Positions 19,714 to 30,365 of a stretch of 54,410 nt of DNA are shown piece by piece; the first letter of the stretch is position 1; every line of letters begins with the position of its first letter. The notes under the pieces were generated by a model. The model saw only the letters and a list, made by a program, of their open reading frames with translations, was not told the origin of the DNA and made no database searches. The position numbers and the translations under genes are program-made. The stretch is from a virus (Duplodnaviria; Caudoviricetes). Where the stretch lies: positions 1 to 54,410 of IMG/VR virus record IMGVR_UViG_3300029266_000978, one strand, 5' to 3'.

Positions 19714-20880
19714 ATGTCAGAACAAACAGAAGAACAAGTACCTGCTGTTGAAGAAATCAAAGCAGAAGAATCAAAACCTATGTCGGTGGAAGATGGTGTC
19801 ATCAAAGTAGATTTAGGTCAACTAAACAAACTAAACGAAGATGCCAATACAAAGCAAGAAACAGCAGACGTGGTTGCAGATCAACCAACCGAGCCTGTAC
19901 AAAAAGTGGAAGAAGAAATACCACAACAACCAGACTCCGTTCAAGATGCTCCCCAATCAGTTATTGAAGAAATAACAGAAGAAGAAATAGAAGAAAAAGT
20001 AGAAACAATAGCAGAAGAAATTCAGCAAGCTGTTGTCGAACAAGATCTTGGAGTTCCATTACCTGAAAATATTCAGAAGGTTGTTGAGTTTATGGATGAA
20101 ACCGGCGGAAGCTTGGAAGATTACGTAAAACTAAATACAGATTATTCGTCTTTAAACGATAATCAATTATTAAGAGAATTCTACGAAAATACAAAACCTC
20201 ATTTAGATAGAGAAGAGATTGACTTTATAATGGAAGACAATTTTTCTTATGATGAAGAGGTTGATGAAGAAAGAGATATACGTAGAAAAAAATTAGCAAG
20301 AAAAGAAGAGCTAGCAAATGCTAAGAATCATCTAGACGGCTTAAAAAGTAAGTACTATAAAGAAATAAAAGCTGGAACTAATTTAGCTCCAGAAACAAAA
20401 AAAGCGGTAGAGTTTTTCAACCGTTATAATAATGAAAAACAAGAAGCAACCAAAGTAGCTGAACATCAAGTGTCTACGTTTAATGCTAAAACAGAAAAGC
20501 TTTTTTCCAATGATTTCAAAGGTTTTGATTTCAATGTTGGCGAAAAGAAATTTCGTTACAAAGTAAATAACGCAGACCAAGTAAGAGACACCCAAGGAGA
20601 TATCAATAATTTTGTCAAGAAGTTCTTGAACGATAAAAATGAAATGAATGACGCCGCGGGTTATCACAAGTCTCTATTTACAGCTATGAATCCAGATGCA
20701 ATTGCAAAACACTTTTATGAGCAAGGAAAAACCGATGCCATGAAAACAAGCGTAACTAATGCAAAGAATATTGATATGAGTCCGAGAGGGGTTCATGAAA
20801 ACGTCAAACATTCTACAGGAACTACGTTTAAGTCTATTACATCTAAAGGTTCTTCGAAGTTTGGAATAAAACAAAGATAA
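19714..20880 (+). CDS. Capsid scaffolding protein
   Basis: Very acidic N-terminus, located between portal and capsid genes. Confidence 0.7.
   Translation: MSEQTEEQVPAVEEIKAEESKPMSVEDGVIKVDLGQLNKLNEDANTKQETADVVADQPTEPVQKVEEEIPQQPDSVQDAPQSVIEEITEEEIEEKVETIAEEIQQAVVEQDLGVPLPENIQKVVEFMDETGGSLEDYVKLNTDYSSLNDNQLLREFYENTKPHLDREEIDFIMEDNFSYDEEVDEERDIRRKKLARKEELANAKNHLDGLKSKYYKEIKAGTNLAPETKKAVEFFNRYNNEKQEATKVAEHQVSTFNAKTEKLFSNDFKGFDFNVGEKKFRYKVNNADQVRDTQGDINNFVKKFLNDKNEMNDAAGYHKSLFTAMNPDAIAKHFYEQGKTDAMKTSVTNAKNIDMSPRGVHENVKHSTGTTFKSITSKGSSKFGIKQR
19841..19975 (+). CDS. Candidate overprinted (+1 frame) 44-aa basic peptide inside scaffold gene
   Basis: MPIQSKKQQTWLQINQPSLYKKWKKKYHNNQTPFKMLPNQLLKK with an A-rich leader. 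Confidence 0.55.
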   Translation: MPIQSKKQQTWLQINQPSLYKKWKKKYHNNQTPFKMLPNQLLKK

Positions 20881-20901
20881 TAAAAATTTAAAATTAAAAT
20901 T

Positions 20902-22320
20902 ATGGCAGGATCATTTACAGGTAGTGTTGGCGCATTGGCGCATTTAACACCAAGACCTACACAATCGTTGTTTAACGACAACTACCTATCTCTAGCAGAT
21001 ATGGATTTTACACAACAATTTTTACCAGAAGTATATGAAAAAGAAGTAGAAAGATACGGAAACCGTACTATCTCTGGATTTTTACGTATGGTAGGAGCAG
21101 AAATGCCTATGGCTTCAGACAGAGTAGTATGGTCTGAGCAAGGTAGATTACACATTGCATATGACCCAGTTGTTATAACAGCTACAACTGTAGTTATTCC
21201 AGCAGGACCAGGTGCAGTATCACAAAATCTTATTGGACCTGGAGCTACTATCGTATGTTCTAGTGCTAACGGATTAGTAGTTGAAAAAGCTTATGTACAA
21301 AGTGTTGCAGTTGCATCAGGAGTTGCTACATTAACAGTAGCAGGTTACAAAGGAAATCTTACGGCTGTTGCAGCTAATGGAAAGATATTTGTATACGGTT
21401 CTGAATATGCAAAAGGAACTTCTAACGCAGGTACTTCAGTTGACGCTGCTTTCGAACAGTTTAGCAACAAACCTATTATCCTTAGAGATAAATACAATGT
21501 AAGTGGTTCTGATACTGCTCAAATTGGGTGGGTTGAAGTAACTACTGAAGCTGGAACTTCTGGATACTTATGGTATTTAAAGTCTGAGCATGAAGCTAGA
21601 ATTCGTTTTGAAGATCAATTAGAAATGGCTATGTTAGAAGCAGAAACTGCAACTAACCCTATTACTGCGGGTGCAGGTTTTGGTTCTGCAGGTACTATTA
21701 CAGGTTCTGATGGGCTTTTTGCTGCATTAGAAACTAGAGGACTAGTTTATTCTGATACTGATTTTGGAGGAGCAACTGGATTAGCTGATTTCGATACTAT
21801 TTTACAGGAGCTTGATAAGCAAGGAGCTATTGAAGAGAACATGATGTTCTTAGGAAGAGGTACTGCTTTAGCTATTGACAATATGTTAGCTGCTCAAAAT
21901 TCTTATGGAACTGGAGGAACTTCTTACGGAGTATTTAACAATTCAGAAGATATGGCACTTAACTTAGGGTTTAGTGGTTTCCGTAGAGGATCTTATGATT
22001 TCTACAAAACTGACTGGAAATACTTAAATGACGCTACTACTCGTGGATTAATTGATGATATTGACGGTGTAATGGTTCCAGCTGGAACGTCTACAGTATA
22101 TGACCAACAATTAGGACAGAACATTTCAAGACCATTCTTACATATTCGTTATAGAGCTTCTGAAGCTGACGATAGAAAGATGAAATCTTGGATCACTGGA
22201 TCTGTTGGTGGAAACTATACAAGCGACGAAGATGCAATGAACGTTCACTTTTTATCAGAAAGATGTTTATGTGTACAAGCAGCAAACAATTTTGTGTTGT
22301 TAAAGAAAATAGCAGCATAA
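20902..22320 (+). CDS. Major capsid protein
   Basis: 472 aa after the scaffold gene, high-expression codon usage and a terminator immediately downstream. Confidence 0.85.
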   Translation: MAGSFTGSVGALAHLTPRPTQSLFNDNYLSLADMDFTQQFLPEVYEKEVERYGNRTISGFLRMVGAEMPMASDRVVWSEQGRLHIAYDPVVITATTVVIPAGPGAVSQNLIGPGATIVCSSANGLVVEKAYVQSVAVASGVATLTVAGYKGNLTAVAANGKIFVYGSEYAKGTSNAGTSVDAAFEQFSNKPIILRDKYNVSGSDTAQIGWVEVTTEAGTSGYLWYLKSEHEARIRFEDQLEMAMLEAETATNPITAGAGFGSAGTITGSDGLFAALETRGLVYSDTDFGGATGLADFDTILQELDKQGAIEENMMFLGRGTALAIDNMLAAQNSYGTGGTSYGVFNNSEDMALNLGFSGFRRGSYDFYKTDWKYLNDATTRGLIDDIDGVMVPAGTSTVYDQQLGQNISRPFLHIRYRASEADDRKMKSWITGSVGGNYTSDEDAMNVHFLSERCLCVQAANNFVLLKKIAA

Positions 22321-22329
22321 TTAATTAAT

Positions 22330-22374
22330 GTAATTTTTACCCTCGTTGTATTTACGGGGGTAATCATTACTTTT
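22330..22374 (+). terminator. Intrinsic terminator after the capsid gene
   Basis: Stem TTACCCTCGT/ACGGGGGTAA extended by GTAAT/ATTAC and followed by TTTT. Confidence 0.75.
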
Positions 22375-22398
22375 ATAAATATTTAATCTTATTATATC

Positions 22399-23208
22399 AT
22401 GGCTAAACAAGCTACAGTAGCAAAACCAGTTGAGATTGCGACTCAACCAAAAGTAAGTAAACAAGTAAAACAGGAATTTGAATTTAAAGATAGAACATAC
22501 TTTTTAATAACAGGTAATTCTCCTTTAATATTTACATTACCGTGTAAGCATTCCTCTCGTAAACCTTTACTTTATTTCGATAAAGAATCAGGTTCACAAA
22601 GAGAAATTAGATATGCTACTAATCAAAAATCTATATTTGCAGACGAGCAAGTAGGTACATCAACCTTAGGCCGTATCATATTAAGAAATGGTTCAATTAG
22701 TGTTCCTAAAGAACAACAAAATTTACAAAAATTATTATCAATATATCATCCTTTAAAAGATCTTATTTATAAAGAACTTGATGAAGTAAAAGATTCTGAA
22801 AATCATTTAGATTGGATTGAATTAGAATTAGAAGCTTTAATTAAAGCTAAAAGTTTAGATATAGATCATGCTGAAGCAATTTTAAGATCAGAATATGGAG
22901 AAGGAGTTACAAAGCTTTCTTCTAGTGAACTTAAAAGAGACATAATGTTGTTTGCTAAAAAAAATCCAGTATTATTTTTAGATTTAGCTAATGATGATCA
23001 CATACAATTAAGAAATACTGGCGCTAAAGCGGTAGAGCAAGGATTCTTGCAATTATCTGGTGATCAAAGAACTTTTACGTATGGAGATGGTGGTAGAAAA
23101 TTAATGACAATACCTTTTGATGAGCATCCTTATTCTGCATTAGCTTCTTATTTTAAGACTGATGATGGAATGGAAGTTTACAAAGCAATATTAAAGAAAC
23201 TTAGATAA
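22399..23208 (+). CDS. Hypothetical protein following the capsid gene
   Basis: 269-aa ORF in the structural operon. Confidence 0.75.
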   Translation: MAKQATVAKPVEIATQPKVSKQVKQEFEFKDRTYFLITGNSPLIFTLPCKHSSRKPLLYFDKESGSQREIRYATNQKSIFADEQVGTSTLGRIILRNGSISVPKEQQNLQKLLSIYHPLKDLIYKELDEVKDSENHLDWIELELEALIKAKSLDIDHAEAILRSEYGEGVTKLSSSELKRDIMLFAKKNPVLFLDLANDDHIQLRNTGAKAVEQGFLQLSGDQRTFTYGDGGRKLMTIPFDEHPYSALASYFKTDDGMEVYKAILKKLR

Positions 23209-23220
23209 GTTACTCTATAG

Positions 23221-23251
23221 TAGTTAGGCTGCTGTAGTAGTGGCCTAATTA
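23221..23251 (+). terminator. Intergenic RNA hairpin (terminator or processing site)
   Basis: TAGTTAGGCTGCT/AGTGGCCTAATTA 13-bp stem with G-U pairs; no strong U-tract. Confidence 0.5.
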
Positions 23252-23274
23252 TTATAATAATAAAAAACATACAA

Positions 23275-24012
23275 ATGGCAATAAGCGTAAACACTGTTTA
23301 TCAAAGAGTGCTCGGAATACTTAACAAAGAGCAAAGAGGTTATGTAACCGCTCAGGAATTTAACTTATTCGCTAATCAAGCACAACAAGATATATTTGAA
23401 CAATATTTCTATGATATAAATCAATTTGGTAGGATACCAGGAAACAGTACAGAGTACTCAGACATGGTAACTTTACTTAACGAAAAAATTAATATATTTG
23501 AAACAGTTGCAGCTCCTACAAGGAATTCTGCAAACACTCATTTTATTCAACCACCCAATCTTTATAGATTAGGTACTGTAGTATATAAGAACTCCACAAC
23601 AAACTCGTTTGGAACAACTACAATAGAAAATGTAGAAGCAGAGCGTATAAACGCTAATGAATTCTTATATATAGATGCTTCTCCTTTTACAAAGCCAAAA
23701 AACATTAGACCTGTTTTTGTATCAAATACTTCAGGTATTAAAGTATACGGAAATACAGAGGTTATACTTCCTGCGGAAGTAGATTATTATTATATAAAAA
23801 CTCCTGCGGTTGTAAATTGGGGTTATAAAATAGTATTTAATGAACCTTTATATGATGCAACAACTTCAATAAATTTTGAATTGCATGAGTCAGATGAAGC
23901 AGACCTTGTTGTTAAAATATTAGAATTAGCTGGTATACTTATAAAAGATTTAAATCTTTATCAAGTATTTAATGCAGAAGAACAAGAAACAATTAGACAA
24001 GAAAAAGCATAA
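23275..24012 (+). CDS. Tail ring / head-tail adaptor protein
   Basis: 245 aa; ILNKEQRGYVTAQEFNLFANQAQ and YIKTP resemble podoviral/crAss-like ring proteins. Confidence 0.65.
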   Translation: MAISVNTVYQRVLGILNKEQRGYVTAQEFNLFANQAQQDIFEQYFYDINQFGRIPGNSTEYSDMVTLLNEKINIFETVAAPTRNSANTHFIQPPNLYRLGTVVYKNSTTNSFGTTTIENVEAERINANEFLYIDASPFTKPKNIRPVFVSNTSGIKVYGNTEVILPAEVDYYYIKTPAVVNWGYKIVFNEPLYDATTSINFELHESDEADLVVKILELAGILIKDLNLYQVFNAEEQETIRQEKA

Positions 24013-24015
24013 TAT

Positions 24016-24918
24016 ATGAGTTTAATAAATCAAACAGACGAACAATACTATTTAGGCCCTGACGGGGTATGGAATAGCTGGGATGAAGATTATGGCAATT
24101 ATCAATTTGTCAGTATAAAAGATATTATTAATAATTTTATTATATCATATACAGGTGAAGACAAGATCATTCCAAAAGTAAAAAGAACAGATGTTGCTTT
24201 TCATGCTCAACGCGGTATACAAGAATTTAGTTTCGATATACTACCTTCAGTGTTAAGTCAAGAGATTGAAATTGGACCTAACTTAAACTTTGTTTTGCCA
24301 AAAGATTATGTAAATTACGTAAAACTTACATGGACAGATAGTAATGGTATTGAAAGAGTTATATATCCTGCTATGAAAACAAGTAATCCTTTTCCTATAT
24401 TACAAGATGATAACTATGAATACTTATTTGACGAACAGGATCGTGAAATAGTTTCTGCGCAATCATCAGAAACACAAAAAAAGTTTCAAAGAAGTACACC
24501 TAATCAAAATTTAGATTTACCTACAAGAGAAATTGTAGCTATAAACCATTACGGGCAACGATACGGATTATCTCCAGAGCAAGCTCAAACAAATGGTGTA
24601 TTCTATATAGATCAACTACAAGGTATTATATTTTTTGATTCAAGTTTTGTCGGAAGAATAGTTACTTTAAAATATATATCAGACGGTGTACAAAAAGACG
24701 AGGATATGTCTGTACATAAATTTGCAGAAGATGCTTTATATAAATATATGGCTTACGCAATACTTTCGACAAGAACAAATGTTCCTGAGTATTTAGTTTC
24801 TAGATTTAAAAAAGAAAGAGGAGCTGCAAAAAGAACTGCTAAATTAAGATTATCTAATATTAAAATTGAAGAGATTACACAAGTAATGCGTAATAAATCT
24901 AAAATTATAAAACACTAA
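24016..24918 (+). CDS. Tail ring / structural protein
   Basis: 300 aa with LPKDYVNYVKL and LKYISDG, between the adaptor and muzzle genes. Confidence 0.65.
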   Translation: MSLINQTDEQYYLGPDGVWNSWDEDYGNYQFVSIKDIINNFIISYTGEDKIIPKVKRTDVAFHAQRGIQEFSFDILPSVLSQEIEIGPNLNFVLPKDYVNYVKLTWTDSNGIERVIYPAMKTSNPFPILQDDNYEYLFDEQDREIVSAQSSETQKKFQRSTPNQNLDLPTREIVAINHYGQRYGLSPEQAQTNGVFYIDQLQGIIFFDSSFVGRIVTLKYISDGVQKDEDMSVHKFAEDALYKYMAYAILSTRTNVPEYLVSRFKKERGAAKRTAKLRLSNIKIEEITQVMRNKSKIIKH

Positions 24919-24921
24919 CAT

Positions 24922-27900
24922 ATGCCAGAGTTTGTACATGTTTTCCAGGCCGGAAGAATGAACAAAGATCTTGACGAAAGACTTGTTCCTAACGGTGAAT
25001 ACCGAGATGCTTTAAATTTAGATTTAGCAAACTCAGAAAATGGTAATGTTGGTTCTTTACAGAACATAAAAGGCACACTTGAGCGTAGAGGTCAATTAGG
25101 GGGTCGTGAATGGTCCGGGTCTTATATAGATGCATTATCTAACCCGGTCTGCATTGGGTCCATTAGAAACGATGTTTCAGAAAAGATATATTGGTTTATA
25201 GCGTCTGATAGTATTAGTACAATTGCAGAATATAATCAAACAACAAAATCTATTGCTCCAGTAATAGTTGATACTTTAAATATACTTAAGTTTACAAAAG
25301 ATTATCTTATAACTGGTATAAATATAATTGAAGATTTTATATTTTGGACAGATGATCAAACAGAACCAAAAAAAATAAACATAAATAAGTTTAAGACTGG
25401 ATCTACTGATTTTCTTACGCATACTAAAATACCTAAATATATTTCTGATCAACAAACATATTTAGAAAATTTAAACGGCCAGCCTAATTTTACGGAAGCA
25501 GATATAACAGTTATTAAAATTTCACCGTTAGCCGCTCCTATAATTACCGCTAGCGCCAGTAAGCACGGACCCAATATACCTGGAACAGGATTGCTGCCTG
25601 TTAGCACAACAATGGCAGTACCGGCTACTATTAATTTTACTTATGTAGAAAATGTTTCACTTGATCCTTTAAGCAGAGTTCCTTTAGATACTTATGGTCA
25701 ATACTTAGTTAATATAGCTAACTCGCCAACTTTTTATGCTGCATCGTCTATACCAAACTGGAATGGCGAAATAACATTTGTAGTTAATACAATACCTACA
25801 GCATGGGTTGCAAGTGATATCATTGAGTTAGAAGCGGATTTTACTACAGAGTTTTTTACAAATTACAAGTACACTATAAGCCTTAAGCTTACTGCTGTAA
25901 ATAATACAACAATAACAGGCCAAATACAAGCCATTTCTAATGACATTTTAACTTTTAGAAATTCAAATGAAAATATAATAGTTTATAGCTGGGACGCTAT
26001 ATTAGTAGAAGAAGCTCCTATGTTCGAATATGTTTTTCCTAGATTTGCATATAGATGGAAGTTTATTGATAATGAATATTCTTGTTTTTCACCTTTTTCA
26101 GAAGTTGCTTTTGTTGGCGGCAAGTTTGAATATTTATCTTCTGATGGATTTAACGAAGGTATGACTAATAATATTAGGCTTCTTGAAATAGGCAACTTAG
26201 CTTGGGATAGTCAAGAAGTTGTAGAATTAGATATTTTATTTAAAGAAAGCAATACTCAGGCAGTATATAGGGTAGAAACTTTAAAAAGATCTGACTTTGC
26301 CGTATTGCCTAGTACTTTTCAAGTTGAAACAGAACTTATAGGAGCTGTAGTTGAAGCTAATCAAATATTGAGACCCTGGGATAATGTACCAAGAGCGGCT
26401 AAAAGCCAGGAAATTATAGGTAATAGAATCGTTTACGGTAATTATTTACAAAATTACGATGTAGGAACTACTACTTTAAATTTAACAAACACCCCTACTA
26501 ATCATCCCGCGATTGCAGATCCTACTAAAATACAATTTCCTTTTCCTTCAGTTAAATCTATAAGAACTTACCAAGCTGGTGTAGTTTATATAGATGCTTA
26601 TGGCAGAGAAACTCCTGTATTTACAAGTAAGCAGGGTAGTATTAAAATAGATGTAGTTGATTCTAATAAAACAAACAAGTTAACAATATCGCCATCAAAT
26701 GTAGCCCCTTCGTTTGCTACTCATTATAAATTTTTTATAAAAGAAATATCAACCGAATATTACAATTTAGCTTTAGATAGATTTTATGAAGCGGAAGACG
26801 GTAATGTTTGGTTATCTTTTCCATCTTCAGAAAGAAACAAAGTTGATGAAGAAACATATCTTATATTAAAAAAGCAACACGATACAAACAAACAGGTTTT
26901 AGGTTTAAATAGGTACAAGATAATTTCTATTGAAGCAGAAGCTCCTGAATTTATATCTACTTTTGATACGGTAATTACATCAAGCATAGTAGAGCAAAAA
27001 ACTACAGTTGAAGTTGGATTTCTTTCTTTAAATTTTGAAGGACCCACATCTGATATAAATTTAGACTTTGGAGCGTCGTTAAACGGTAACAAAGTAAGAT
27101 TTACTTCAGGAGCAAGTGTTTCTGATATATATGATGTAGCTGTTTCAAGAACTTCTAATCCTAATGGAGCTCAAACTAAAATTGATTATAATTTAGTGTT
27201 AGATAGAGCATTAGGCCCTGATGCTGCTTTTTTAGCAAATATAGCTGTTGGAGCAGATTATACTGTAACAATACTTGAAGACGAAGTAAAAAACAAGCCT
27301 GAATTTGCTGGTAGATTTTTTGCTAAAGTACAAAGAAATTTTGCTTTTGATACAAATGTTATAGCTTCGTTTGCGGCTATGCCTGTGCAGTATTCAATAC
27401 TGGATGAATTTGTAGCTGATAGAGGAAGAAATTATAATAATAATGCTGGTCTTCCAGATAGTTTTTTATATGCGGACGTTGGTGCTAGAAGTACAGTACC
27501 TGGCTGTGGTAATCACGCTCCCGCTTTAAAAGTGCTTGGATGGAATGGAGGAATAGGTCATTCTATTACTAATACAAATTATTCTCCAGACGCTAATAAG
27601 CTTGGTAATTTTCAGCCACCTACTAGAGGTTCAAGAAAATTTGGAGTAATATATGCTGGTGGAAAAGCCGGTGGTACAGGTGAATTTGTAAATCAAATGT
27701 TTGGGAGTTCTAGTGTTAGTCAATATGAAGGGGGAAATTGGGCCGCTTCAACAGCTACACCAGATGGATTTTTATCCCCTGGAGCAGCAATAAGGTTTCA
27801 AAATAAAGTTGATGGAGCTTATAGCCAAGTATATAATGTTGTAGTTGCTATATCGCAAAGATCCTATAGAGGTAGAAGAACAATTCAAGAATTCCTGGGT

Positions 27901-30354
27901 CCTTGTGAGCATTCTACCGCTACATATAATCAAAAATACATTATTTATATAGAATTAGACAATGAAATAACAGAAGATTGGTTTCCTTTAGTTAATGAAT
28001 GGGATGCCTTGGAAACTGTTTTACCTTCAATTCAAGCACTTGAACCTGTAATATCTGCAGGTAAAAAATTAACTTCTCAAAACCCAGCAATATTTGAAAC
28101 AGAACCGAAAGAAACTGTTGATTTAGATTTATATTATGAAGCTAGTGACTCGTTACCTATAGCTAATTATAATGTAGCAAATCAATCGTTAGCCTGGATG
28201 AATTGTTATTCATATGGTACAGGTGTAGAATCAAATAGGATAAGAGATGATTATAACGCTGTTTTTATAGACAAAGGACCCAAAGTATCTACAGTACTAG
28301 ATGAGCCTTATGCGGCTGAAAGAAGAGGTAGTGGGTTTATATTTTCTCAAATATTTAATTCAACATCAGGTATAAACAGATTAAATCAATTTATACAAGC
28401 ATTGCCTATTACTAAGGATTTAAATCCTATTTATGGTACAATACAAAAATTGCATGCTAGAGATACTGACTTAATAACTTTATGTGAAGATAAATGTTTT
28501 AGAGTATTAGCAAATAAAGATGCTTTATTTAATGCTGATGGTAATGTAAACGTAACAAGTAATAAGGCAGTGCTAGGGCAAACTGTTCCTTATGCCGGAG
28601 ATTTTGGTATATCAAAAAACCCGGAGTCTTTTGCAGATTATGGTTTTAGAGTATATTTTGCGGATAAAAATAGAGGATCTGTAATAAGATTATCAAGAGA
28701 TGGTATAACGGAAATATCTACTAAAGGTATGGATGATTTCTTTTCAGATAACTTAAGATCATCTAAAAACTTAATAGGAAGTTATGACGAGGATAAAGGA
28801 TTATATAACCTTAAGCTTGATAGCGTTAGCCCAGAGTGGAGAACCATATTATCTGCAGACACTGCTTATCAGTTATCTGCTGCTTGCGAAACACCTTTAA
28901 CACCTTTTGATGCAAAAGAATCATTTCCCACTACAATATCTTTTAAAGAAACAGTTAACGGATGGACAAGTAGAAAATCATTTTTACCTGAAAGCGGTAT
29001 ATCTTTAAATAATATATACTATACTTTTAATAAAGGTTTAGTGTGGGAACATAATATAAACAATGTATACAATAACTTTTATGGTATTCAATACTTAAGT
29101 TCTTTTAATGTTGTTATAAATGAAATGCCTAATGTAGTAAAAGGCTATGCTACTTTAAATTATACCGGTACAAATTCAAGAGAATTAGAATACGAATATA
29201 ATAATCAATGGTATTCTATAGCTGAAATTAACGCAAATCAAAGTATACCTACTTCTACTCAAGTAAAAAAAGAAGGCTGGCGCGTTGATTATGTTAGAAC
29301 AAACCTTGAATCTGGAGAAGTAAAAGAATTTGAAAATAAAGAAGGTAAATACTTTAATTATATAAAAGCATTAAAAGTATGTAAAACAGGTGATGGTATT
29401 GGTAATAGTGCAGTAGAAGCTGATCCTCAAGATTATTTGTTAACTGTAACTATTGATCCAGCATGTAGCAGCTCCGGTGGTTCTGTGCCAGATACATTAA
29501 TATCCGGGTTTTATTTATGGTCATATCCAAAATTAAATTCAGTGGATATACGTCCTGATACTCCTCAAAATGCTAAATGTAATATTGAAGCTTATTACGA
29601 TTTAAGGAATCAAGATTATACTGATGTACTTGTTGGCGATTTGCAACTTAAATATATTTCTACAGTTGGTTTAATTGTTGGAGCGGTGTTATATGATAAT
29701 AACACGTTATTACCTGCAATTACAACTTCAGGAATGACTATATTGTACAATGGAGCAACAACATTAAGTAATGCTTCTTTAGACGCAAATAACTCGCTGG
29801 CTGTGCCTAATACATATAAATTAATAACTATAAATGCTGCCGGTACAATTACAAGTATAATACAGTATAACACTTTAGCTGCATGTATTGGAGATCCTAC
29901 TTATTCATTAAGAGGAACAGCGGGAGTAAATGATCCTAGTGTACCACATTTATTTTTTAGTATACCAGTTGTTACAAGTGCGGCGTTAGTTTGCTCAATA
30001 AAAGGGTTTATGACTTCATGGTTAGCCCTTGATCCAGAAACACGCTCAGGTGGTCAATGGAGTGTTCCAACTTCTTATTGGTATAGCCCTGCTAATTTTG
30101 TTGTAGGCACACAATTATATAGCAAATTGTCAAATGGCACTTTTGCTAAAAAGAATGTAAATAGTTCAGGTAATCCTGGCTACAGTAGAAAAGAAGTTTA
30201 TAATTTAGCTACGGGAAGCGTTATGCCTTTTGGAAGTACATGGACTGTTGAAGCAAATAAACCTGACAATAATACGGTAATAGTTACTACAAATGGTACA
30301 GGAATTATAACAGCAATAGAAATATATAATACTTTTAGTTACACTTGCTCATAA
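24922..30354 (+). CDS. Tail stabilisation / muzzle protein (P22 gp10-like) with C-terminal extension
   Basis: 1810 aa with GRMNKDLDERLVPNGEYRDALN, FWTDDQTEPKKIN, GISKNPESFA and YFADKNRGSVIRLSRDG. Confidence 0.8.
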   Translation: MPEFVHVFQAGRMNKDLDERLVPNGEYRDALNLDLANSENGNVGSLQNIKGTLERRGQLGGREWSGSYIDALSNPVCIGSIRNDVSEKIYWFIASDSISTIAEYNQTTKSIAPVIVDTLNILKFTKDYLITGINIIEDFIFWTDDQTEPKKININKFKTGSTDFLTHTKIPKYISDQQTYLENLNGQPNFTEADITVIKISPLAAPIITASASKHGPNIPGTGLLPVSTTMAVPATINFTYVENVSLDPLSRVPLDTYGQYLVNIANSPTFYAASSIPNWNGEITFVVNTIPTAWVASDIIELEADFTTEFFTNYKYTISLKLTAVNNTTITGQIQAISNDILTFRNSNENIIVYSWDAILVEEAPMFEYVFPRFAYRWKFIDNEYSCFSPFSEVAFVGGKFEYLSSDGFNEGMTNNIRLLEIGNLAWDSQEVVELDILFKESNTQAVYRVETLKRSDFAVLPSTFQVETELIGAVVEANQILRPWDNVPRAAKSQEIIGNRIVYGNYLQNYDVGTTTLNLTNTPTNHPAIADPTKIQFPFPSVKSIRTYQAGVVYIDAYGRETPVFTSKQGSIKIDVVDSNKTNKLTISPSNVAPSFATHYKFFIKEISTEYYNLALDRFYEAEDGNVWLSFPSSERNKVDEETYLILKKQHDTNKQVLGLNRYKIISIEAEAPEFISTFDTVITSSIVEQKTTVEVGFLSLNFEGPTSDINLDFGASLNGNKVRFTSGASVSDIYDVAVSRTSNPNGAQTKIDYNLVLDRALGPDAAFLANIAVGADYTVTILEDEVKNKPEFAGRFFAKVQRNFAFDTNVIASFAAMPVQYSILDEFVADRGRNYNNNAGLPDSFLYADVGARSTVPGCGNHAPALKVLGWNGGIGHSITNTNYSPDANKLGNFQPPTRGSRKFGVIYAGGKAGGTGEFVNQMFGSSSVSQYEGGNWAASTATPDGFLSPGAAIRFQNKVDGAYSQVYNVVVAISQRSYRGRRTIQEFLGPCEHSTATYNQKYIIYIELDNEITEDWFPLVNEWDALETVLPSIQALEPVISAGKKLTSQNPAIFETEPKETVDLDLYYEASDSLPIANYNVANQSLAWMNCYSYGTGVESNRIRDDYNAVFIDKGPKVSTVLDEPYAAERRGSGFIFSQIFNSTSGINRLNQFIQALPITKDLNPIYGTIQKLHARDTDLITLCEDKCFRVLANKDALFNADGNVNVTSNKAVLGQTVPYAGDFGISKNPESFADYGFRVYFADKNRGSVIRLSRDGITEISTKGMDDFFSDNLRSSKNLIGSYDEDKGLYNLKLDSVSPEWRTILSADTAYQLSAACETPLTPFDAKESFPTTISFKETVNGWTSRKSFLPESGISLNNIYYTFNKGLVWEHNINNVYNNFYGIQYLSSFNVVINEMPNVVKGYATLNYTGTNSRELEYEYNNQWYSIAEINANQSIPTSTQVKKEGWRVDYVRTNLESGEVKEFENKEGKYFNYIKALKVCKTGDGIGNSAVEADPQDYLLTVTIDPACSSSGGSVPDTLISGFYLWSYPKLNSVDIRPDTPQNAKCNIEAYYDLRNQDYTDVLVGDLQLKYISTVGLIVGAVLYDNNTLLPAITTSGMTILYNGATTLSNASLDANNSLAVPNTYKLITINAAGTITSIIQYNTLAACIGDPTYSLRGTAGVNDPSVPHLFFSIPVVTSAALVCSIKGFMTSWLALDPETRSGGQWSVPTSYWYSPANFVVGTQLYSKLSNGTFAKKNVNSSGNPGYSRKEVYNLATGSVMPFGSTWTVEANKPDNNTVIVTTNGTGIITAIEIYNTFSYTCS

Positions 30355-30365
30355 AATAATATAAT

